Source: an uncultured Chloroflexia bacterium (GTDB lineage Bacteria > Chloroflexota > Limnocylindria > Limnocylindrales > CSP1-4). Taken from it: 64,000 nt of DNA. Position numbers and translations under genes: made by a program. Location: contig CAVRKQ010000008.1 in the NCBI GenBank assembly GCA_963722105.1, forward strand, positions 7,433-71,432, in the 5' to 3' direction. The first letter of the stretch is position 1. Every line of letters starts with the position of its first letter. Shown here piece by piece: positions 58,159 through 64,000 of the stretch. The notes beneath the pieces are model-generated. The model was not told the DNA's origin and did not search any database. It worked only from the letters and a program-made list of their open reading frames with translations.

Positions 58159-60659
58159 ATGCGGCTCACCGGTCTGGCGTGGCGGACGATCGCCGCGCGC
58201 CCGCTCCGCTCGCTCCTCACGATCCTCGGGATCGCGCTCGGCGTCGCCGTCCTCATCGGCGTCGCTGACGCTGGGCAACGGCCTCGACGCCGCCGTCGAC
58301 CGGACGGTCCGCGACATGGTCGGCCGCGCCGACCTCCGCGTCAGCGGCTTCCTCGAGACCGGCCTGTCCGACGCGTCCGTGGCGACCATCGCCGCCACGC
58401 CGGGGTCGAGGACGCGGCCGCGATCATCGAGCACCGCACGTTCCCGACCGGCTCGCCGTCCGGCGAGCCCTCCGACGCGATCACGGTCCTCGGCATCGAC
58501 CCGGGCTCGTACCTCCGCCTCCACGACCTGCCGCTCGTGACGGGCAGCAGCCTCGATGGCCCGCCGAGCCCGTCGCGCTGGTCACTGAGGAGCTCGCCGC
58601 GAGCGATGGCTACACCGTCGGCAGCAAGCTGACGCTCCTCGGCGCCGGCGGCCTCACGGAGCTTCGCGTCGTCGGGATCCTGCCGGGCTTCGGGCCCGTC
58701 GCCGGGACCGGCCGAACGATCGTCATCCCGATCGACATGGCTCGCGCCGCGTTCGGCCTCACCGGGGCGACGCGCCTCGACCTCAGCCTCGCGCCCGGCT
58801 CGCTCGAGTCCGTGGCCGCCTCGCTCGAATCGCGCATGACCGAGCCGTACGTGCTCGCATCGCCGGCCGACATCGCCCGGAACCTGCGCGCCTCCTCGGC
58901 GGCGTTCCAGGGCACGGCCGCGCTCGTCGCCGCGATCGTCCTGTTCGTCGGCGCGTTCCTGATCGTCAACACCCTCTCGATGACCGTCGGCGAGCGGGCT
59001 CGCGAGGTCGGCCTGCTGCGCGCCGCCGGCGCGACCCGGGGCCAGCTGAGCTGGTTCGTGTTCAGCGGCGCCCTGCTCCTCGGCGTCGTGGGTGCCGCCG
59101 TCGGCATCGGGCTCGGGGCAATCCTCGCCATGGTGATGGCCGGCTCCGTCAGCGATGCCACCGGCCTCTCCGCGTCCATCACCCAGCTCGACGTCGGTGG
59201 CGCGGTGACTGCGGCCGCCGTCGGCATCGGCATCACCGTCCTCGCCGCCATCGAGCCGGCCCTCGCCGCGTCGCGCATCTCGCCGGTCGAGGCACTCCGC
59301 AACCGGTTCGACCTGCCGAGCGTTCGCCGCGGCCGACTTGGCTGGATCGCGTTCATCTTCCTCGTCGTCGCCGTGCTCGCGATGCTGGCCTGGCCGCCGG
59401 TCATCACCGCCGAAGGCACGCAGCGGGCGATCGCCGTCTACGGCGTCCTGCTGGCCGCGACCCTGCTGTCGCCGTTCATCCTCCGACCGCTCGCGCGGGT
59501 CCTCGGCCTGCCGCTCATGCTGTTCCTCCGGATCGAGGAGCGCCTGGCGCGCGGCTCGCTGGCTCGCGATCGCAGCCGGACCACGCTGACCCTCGGGTCG
59601 CTCGTCATCGGCCTGGCGATGGTCGTCGCCCTCGGCTGGTCCGCCCAGGCGGCGCGTGCCTCCGCGTTCGCGTGGCTCGACGACGTCATGCCCGGGGACG
59701 AGATCGTGACCTCGATCCGCCCGATCGGCCCGGATGAGCCCATCCAGGCAGCCCTCACCGAGGTCCCCGGCGTGAGCCGCGTGACGCCGATCGCCTCGTT
59801 CGACCTGGCGTTCCGTGGCGTGCGGGTCGACGCCGCGGCCGTCGTGGGCGCCGACTTCCTCGCGGACGGCCGCCTGACGATGCTCGCCGGAGATCGCTCC
59901 GCGGCGCTCCACGCCCTCGACACCGGCGGCGTCGCCATCCTCCCCGCCGGCCTCGCAAAGGCGCTCGAGCTGGGCGTCGGCGACACGATGCACATCCCGG
60001 TCGACGGGACCCGAAGCGTCGACCTGAAGGTCGCGGCGATCGTGGAACGGTCGATGCCCGGCACCAGCGGCGAGGCCATCCTCGTCGGCTGGAAGGACGC
60101 CACCGAGACACTCGGCGTCCTCGGGGCCGACGCCTACGCGGTTCGCTTCGCACCGGGTGCCGATGAGACGGCCCGTCCCGCCCTCCGCGAGACGGCTCGC
60201 ACCTATGCCCTCGAGGCGAACCCGATCGAGCGCGTCCAGGGTGCCGTCGCCGAGGCGCTGGCTCGGGTCTTCGGTGTCTTCGACGCCCTCGCGTTCGTGG
60301 CGGTCCTCGTCGCGGCGCTCGGCATCGTGAACACCCTCACGATGAGCGTCGTCGAGCGAATTCGGGAGATCGGCGTGCTTCGCGCCATCGGCATGAGCCG
60401 CCGCCAGGCGATGCGCATGGTCGTGGTCGAGGCCGCGCTGCTCGGCATCGTCGGCGTCGTCCTCGGCTCGATCGCGGGCCTGGTGGCCGGCGCGGCCCTG
60501 CTGCAGCTCGGCGGCGGGCTGACGAACCCCGGCGGCCTCCCGTGGCTCCCGATCGGCGTCGCGGCGATCCTCGGCTTGGTTCTCCCGGCGCTCGCGGCGA
60601 TCTACCCGGCCCGCGCCGCCGCCCGGATCTCGATCGTCCGCTCCCTCTACTTCGACTGA
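58159..60659 (+). pseudogene. FtsX/MacB-type ABC permease with two FtsX domains, at least 3 frame changes in the first 450 nt
   Basis: The N-terminus is LAWRTIAARPLRSLLTILGIALGVAVL. The pieces LTLGNGLDAAVDRTVRDMVGRADLRVSG, VEDAAAIIEH..ITVLGIDP and AEPVALVTEELA lie in alternating frames. ORF 58737-60659 is intact. Two junctions look like G- or C-runs one base short. Confidence 0.8.
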
Positions 60660-60665
60660 TCGTCC

Positions 60666-60688
60666 CGGCCCGGGAGGTGCCCGGGCCG
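60666..60688 (+). terminator. GC-rich hairpin after the ABC permease
   Basis: CGGCCCGGG-aggtg-CCCGGGCCG forms a 9-bp stem. The T-tail is weak (TCT). Confidence 0.4.
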
Positions 60689-60768
60689 TCTGGTAGGCTG
60701 AATCCGAGGGAGCCCGACCGCGCCCAGGCGCTTGCGCCACGGTCGACGATGGCGAGGAGGCCGCCGCG

Positions 60769-61416
60769 ATGACGATCGGAATGCCGCGCATGGACCGGCT
60801 TCCCGCTGACCAGCGGGGCCTGACCATCGGCGATTTCCTGGTCCCGATCCGCGTCTCCGAGCGCCTTCATACCCGCGCTCGGCACCTCGCCCTGATCCTG
60901 ATCGGGACGGCGCTGATCGCGGTCTGCGCGCGGATCTACATCCTCATCCCGGGGAGCCCGGTGCCGTTCACGGGCCAGACGTTCGGCGTCCTGCTCGCCT
61001 CGGGCGCGCTCGGCTTCCGGCGGGGGGTCGCGGCCACCGTCCTGTACGTGCTGCTCGGAGCGATCGGCCTCCCGATCTACGCCGAGGGCAAGCACGGCAT
61101 CGAGATCCTTACCGGGGCGACGGGCGGCTACCTCGTGGGCTTCGTGCTCGCGTCGGCGATCGTGGGGCGCCTTGCCGAGCTCGGCTGGGACCGCAACCTC
61201 CTCGGCGGGATCGGCGCGATGCTGATCGGCAGCGCCGCGATGTACGCGGTCGGCGTGCCGTGGCTGTCCGTCATGGCCTTCGGCGGCGACCTCCAGCAGG
61301 GGATCGAGAAGGGCCTCGTCCCGTTCCTCCTCTGGGATGCCGTGAAGCTGACCCTCGCCGCCGCCGCGTTTCCCGCGGCCTGGTGGTTCGTCGGACGACG
61401 ACCGGGCGACCGCTGA
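60769..61416 (+). CDS. bioY: biotin transporter BioY
   Basis: Motifs are VPFTGQTFGVLLAS, GLPIYAEG, GATGGYLVGF and PFLLWDAVKL. Confidence 0.85.
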   Translation: MTIGMPRMDRLPADQRGLTIGDFLVPIRVSERLHTRARHLALILIGTALIAVCARIYILIPGSPVPFTGQTFGVLLASGALGFRRGVAATVLYVLLGAIGLPIYAEGKHGIEILTGATGGYLVGFVLASAIVGRLAELGWDRNLLGGIGAMLIGSAAMYAVGVPWLSVMAFGGDLQQGIEKGLVPFLLWDAVKLTLAAAAFPAAWWFVGRRPGDR

Positions 61417-61420
61417 GCCG

Positions 61421-62353
61421 GTGACGCGCGAGGAGGCCGTCGGGACCGCCGAGATCGTCGAAGGCGGGTTCTACGGCCCCCGGAGCGAGGCCTGGCGCCT
61501 CAACCGCGAGGCGATGCTCCTCCTCGGTGCTGGGCCGCGGGCGCTGCTCCTCCAGATCGCCCATCCCCTCGTTGCCGCCGGCGTCGCCGAGCACTCCGAT
61601 TTCCGCGCCGATCCTTGGGCGCGACTGTCCGGGACCCTGGGCTCGTACCTCCGGATCGTGTACGGGACCGCGAGCGCGGCCCGGGGTGAGATTCGCCGCC
61701 TCCACGACCTGCATCGCGGGATTCGGGGCGACGTGCTCGAGCCCGATGTGCGGGACCGCCACGGCCGCCGCTACAGCGCCCTCGATCCCGACCTGAGCCT
61801 GTGGGTCCACGCGACGCTCGTGGACTCGACCATGGCCGCGTACCAGGCCTGGGTCGAGCCGTTGTCGCGCGACGAGCGCGCCCGCTACTACGAGGAGACC
61901 CTGCCGGTCGGGCAGGCCTTCGGCATCCCGGCGTCGCGGCTGCCGCGGGACCTCGAGGCGTTCGAGGCCTACCTCGACGAGATGCTCGGCGCTGGCGGGC
62001 CGATCGAGGTCGGGGACGTGGCCCGCGATCTCGCCGGCTCGATCCTGCACCCGCCGCTTGGCCCCGCCGTTGCGGCCGCGGGCTTCCCGTTCGACCGTCT
62101 CGCCGGCATGGCCGACGCCATCCCCAGCCGGGCCTACGCGTGGCTCTTCTGGCCCGCGATCGGGCTCCTGCCGCCGAGCGTCCGCGACGGCTACGGCCTC
62201 CAGTGGGGCCTGCGCCAGCGAGCCGTGGCGACGTGGCTCGTCGCGACCTGGTCAGCGTGGCGGCCGGTGCTGCCACCGACCTTCCGCCAGATGCCCCAGG
62301 CGCTGCGGGCCGACCGCCGGGTCGGCGCCGGGGAGCCGCTGCTCCACGCGTGA
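61421..62353 (+). CDS. MpaB/DUF2236-family oxygenase-like protein
   Basis: Motifs are GPRSEAWRLNREAMLLLGAGPRALLLQIAHPLVAAGV, HDLHRGIRG and DPDLSLWVHATLVDS. The start is GTG. Confidence 0.7.
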   Translation: MTREEAVGTAEIVEGGFYGPRSEAWRLNREAMLLLGAGPRALLLQIAHPLVAAGVAEHSDFRADPWARLSGTLGSYLRIVYGTASAARGEIRRLHDLHRGIRGDVLEPDVRDRHGRRYSALDPDLSLWVHATLVDSTMAAYQAWVEPLSRDERARYYEETLPVGQAFGIPASRLPRDLEAFEAYLDEMLGAGGPIEVGDVARDLAGSILHPPLGPAVAAAGFPFDRLAGMADAIPSRAYAWLFWPAIGLLPPSVRDGYGLQWGLRQRAVATWLVATWSAWRPVLPPTFRQMPQALRADRRVGAGEPLLHA

Positions 62354-62368
62354 TCCGGCGCTCCCCGG

Positions 62369-63940
62369 TCAGTAAAGGCTCGGGAACCTCGCGCGGAACA
62401 ACGGCCGCAGGTTGACGCCATTCGGCGCCGCGTCCTCGAGGGCATCGAGCAGGTCGCGCGTCCCGACGAGCTCGAAGCGGTGGTCCTCCACGAACTTCGC
62501 CAGCGTCTTCCAGAAGCGGTTCGTGCCGATCCGCACGCGGACGCCGTCGAGCAGCAGGCCGCCCTGGACGTACACCACCTCGTAGTAGCAGCTGCCCTGG
62601 TAGCGCGCGATCGAGGCGTCCAGCGGGGCCTGCGCGCAGCGCGTGGACCGGAAGCTCCCGAGCGCCGTTCGCGCCAGGAGGTCGGCCGCGGCTTCGTCGA
62701 GGAACGGGTCGTTCCGCTGGTCGTTGCCGACCATGCCGTAGAACCACTGGTGCGCGACCTCGTGGTGCACGAGGTAGGTCCGGTTGAGCGAGTCGAGCGT
62801 GCGCGGGATCCAGATGAGCCCCGGTGACTCCATCGCCTCGCCGCCCTGCGTCTCGACCGCCACGAGCGCCGGCCATGGGTAGTCGGCCCCGAGGACCCGC
62901 TTCTCGGCGGTGAGCGCCTGCGTCACGAGCCCCAGCAAGGAGGTCGCGGCGAAGTCCCCCGTCCGCGCGTAGGCCAACACCGTGACCCCGCCGATCTTCT
63001 CCTTCCGGACCGAAAAGTCCGGAGCGAGCACGAGGGAGACGTCGCGGACATCGTGAACGGTGAAGGCCCAGGCCGTGCCGCTGCCGGCGGCGAACTCCTG
63101 GACCTCGAGGGCGGGCGCCGCGAGGATGAGTGGCAGGTCTGTCAGGAGCTCGACGTTCACCTCGGGGCTCGACACCGTCACGAACGGGTCGCCCTGGTTC
63201 GGCCGGTTGAACGGAACCGAGCGGCTGATCCAGGGAATCCAGCGGAACAGGGCGATCGTGCCGCCGGACCTGGTGAACATCCAGTCGGAGCCCGTGATTC
63301 CGGTCGAGAGGATCGCGCGGTAGGCGACCCGGACGGTCGTCGTGGCGCCGGGCTCGAGGACGCCGCCGAGCGGGACGACGAGAGTCTGGTCCTTGATCCG
63401 GACCTTGACCGGCTCGTCGTCGACCGTCGCGTTGGTGATGCGGAGGCGCCCAAGGCGTGCCGCGACGGTGTTCAGCTCCAGCCGGTCGATCGACTTGGTG
63501 CCGGCGTTCCGGACGGTGATCGTGGTCGAGACGTCGATGAGCCCGTCGGCCACCGTCATCTCTGCGTTCACGTCGTAGGTCGCGCTGAGCGCGAGGCTCG
63601 TCCGGTCGACCGAGCCGGGTCGAAGGCCCGTCAGCGGCGGCGCGACCGACGGCGGGACGGACGGCGCGACCGACGGCGCGACCGACGGCGTCGGCTCGGG
63701 TGCGGTCGTCGGTTCAGCGGTGGCGACGGGTTCCTCGGTCGCCCTCGGCTCGACGGTCGGCTTCGCCGTCGGCGCCGGTGGCGCAGCGGTGAATTCCGGC
63801 CTCGACGTCGCGGCGGCGACCTGGGAGGTCGCGCCGGGCGGCGGCGTCCGGCCGGCATAGCCGAACAGCAAAACACCCGTCACCGCGGTGAGCACCGCGA
63901 GGATCAGGGCAGGCAGAAATCGACCCGCTCGCAAGGTCAT
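62369..63940 (-). CDS. secreted M1-family (gluzincin) metallopeptidase
   Basis: HEVAHQWFYGMVGNDQRNDPFLDE matches HExxH-x18-E. An N-terminal TM/signal segment (FLPALILAVLTAVTGVLLF) and a Pro/Ala/Thr linker precede it. The ATG at 63940 is preferred over 63979. Confidence 0.8.
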   Translation of the reverse strand: MTLRAGRFLPALILAVLTAVTGVLLFGYAGRTPPPGATSQVAAATSRPEFTAAPPAPTAKPTVEPRATEEPVATAEPTTAPEPTPSVAPSVAPSVPPSVAPPLTGLRPGSVDRTSLALSATYDVNAEMTVADGLIDVSTTITVRNAGTKSIDRLELNTVAARLGRLRITNATVDDEPVKVRIKDQTLVVPLGGVLEPGATTTVRVAYRAILSTGITGSDWMFTRSGGTIALFRWIPWISRSVPFNRPNQGDPFVTVSSPEVNVELLTDLPLILAAPALEVQEFAAGSGTAWAFTVHDVRDVSLVLAPDFSVRKEKIGGVTVLAYARTGDFAATSLLGLVTQALTAEKRVLGADYPWPALVAVETQGGEAMESPGLIWIPRTLDSLNRTYLVHHEVAHQWFYGMVGNDQRNDPFLDEAAADLLARTALGSFRSTRCAQAPLDASIARYQGSCYYEVVYVQGGLLLDGVRVRIGTNRFWKTLAKFVEDHRFELVGTRDLLDALEDAAPNGVNLRPLFRARFPSLY

Positions 63941-64000
63941 GGATGCGGATCGTACGCACGTCGTCAACGAAGCCGGCAATGGGGAACTCGACGCATCGGG

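Overview
High-GC (by eye about 70% or more) actinobacterium-like chromosomal window with mostly housekeeping and transport genes. There is no integrase, transposase or CRISPR array, and one RNA gene, tRNA-His(GTG). Left to right: (1) An epoxide-hydrolase remnant abuts a visibly lower-GC island (about 0.7-6.4 kb). The island carries three co-directional, heavily disrupted genes: a DNA methyltransferase, a MORC-like GHKL ATPase with a nuclease-like tail, and a DUF4209-like protein. (2) Class II ribonucleotide reductase nrdJ with two NrdR boxes and a clear promoter. (3) An HTH-XRE/PD-(D/E)xK fusion gene, a secreted beta-propeller and a NatAB-like ABC exporter. (4) A beta-glycoside/amino-sugar utilisation locus: solute-binding protein, 2 permeases, GH1, ROK regulator, ROK kinase, GH3 and a SIS protein. 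It is controlled by a duplicated promoter/operator carrying the palindrome GTCCAGA-C-TCTGGAC. (5) ccsA, a NYN-domain gene, hydrolases, add, pepA, a prepilin peptidase and an M23 peptidase. (6) A glgC - ybjN-like - two paralogous membrane-anchored HExxH proteins - pncB string. (7) An Imm5-like/TPR pair, Nudix, HAD and an LCP gene divergent from an mtrA/mtrB/lpqB-like operon. (8) A YHS protein, a DUF5666-like protein and a triple-repeat lipoprotein. (9) A run of disrupted genes (MBL hydrolase, FAD oxidoreductase, CAP protein, MacB-type ABC ATPase and permease). (10) bioY, mpaB-like and an M1 peptidase. A major caveat is that at least 15 genes, including nrdJ, need frame changes to be read. Several indels sit in G/C homopolymers, which suggests assembly error, but they are strongly clustered and the methyltransferase also has an in-frame TAG. 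The most interesting items are the decayed defence-like island, the duplicated operator plus ROK 5' remnant, a 157-nt bipartite hairpin or MITE-like element upstream of glgC, the tandem HExxH paralog operon, and a repeat-rich low-GC intergenic region at 43.3 kb. All family assignments come from motif recognition by eye; no searches were run.
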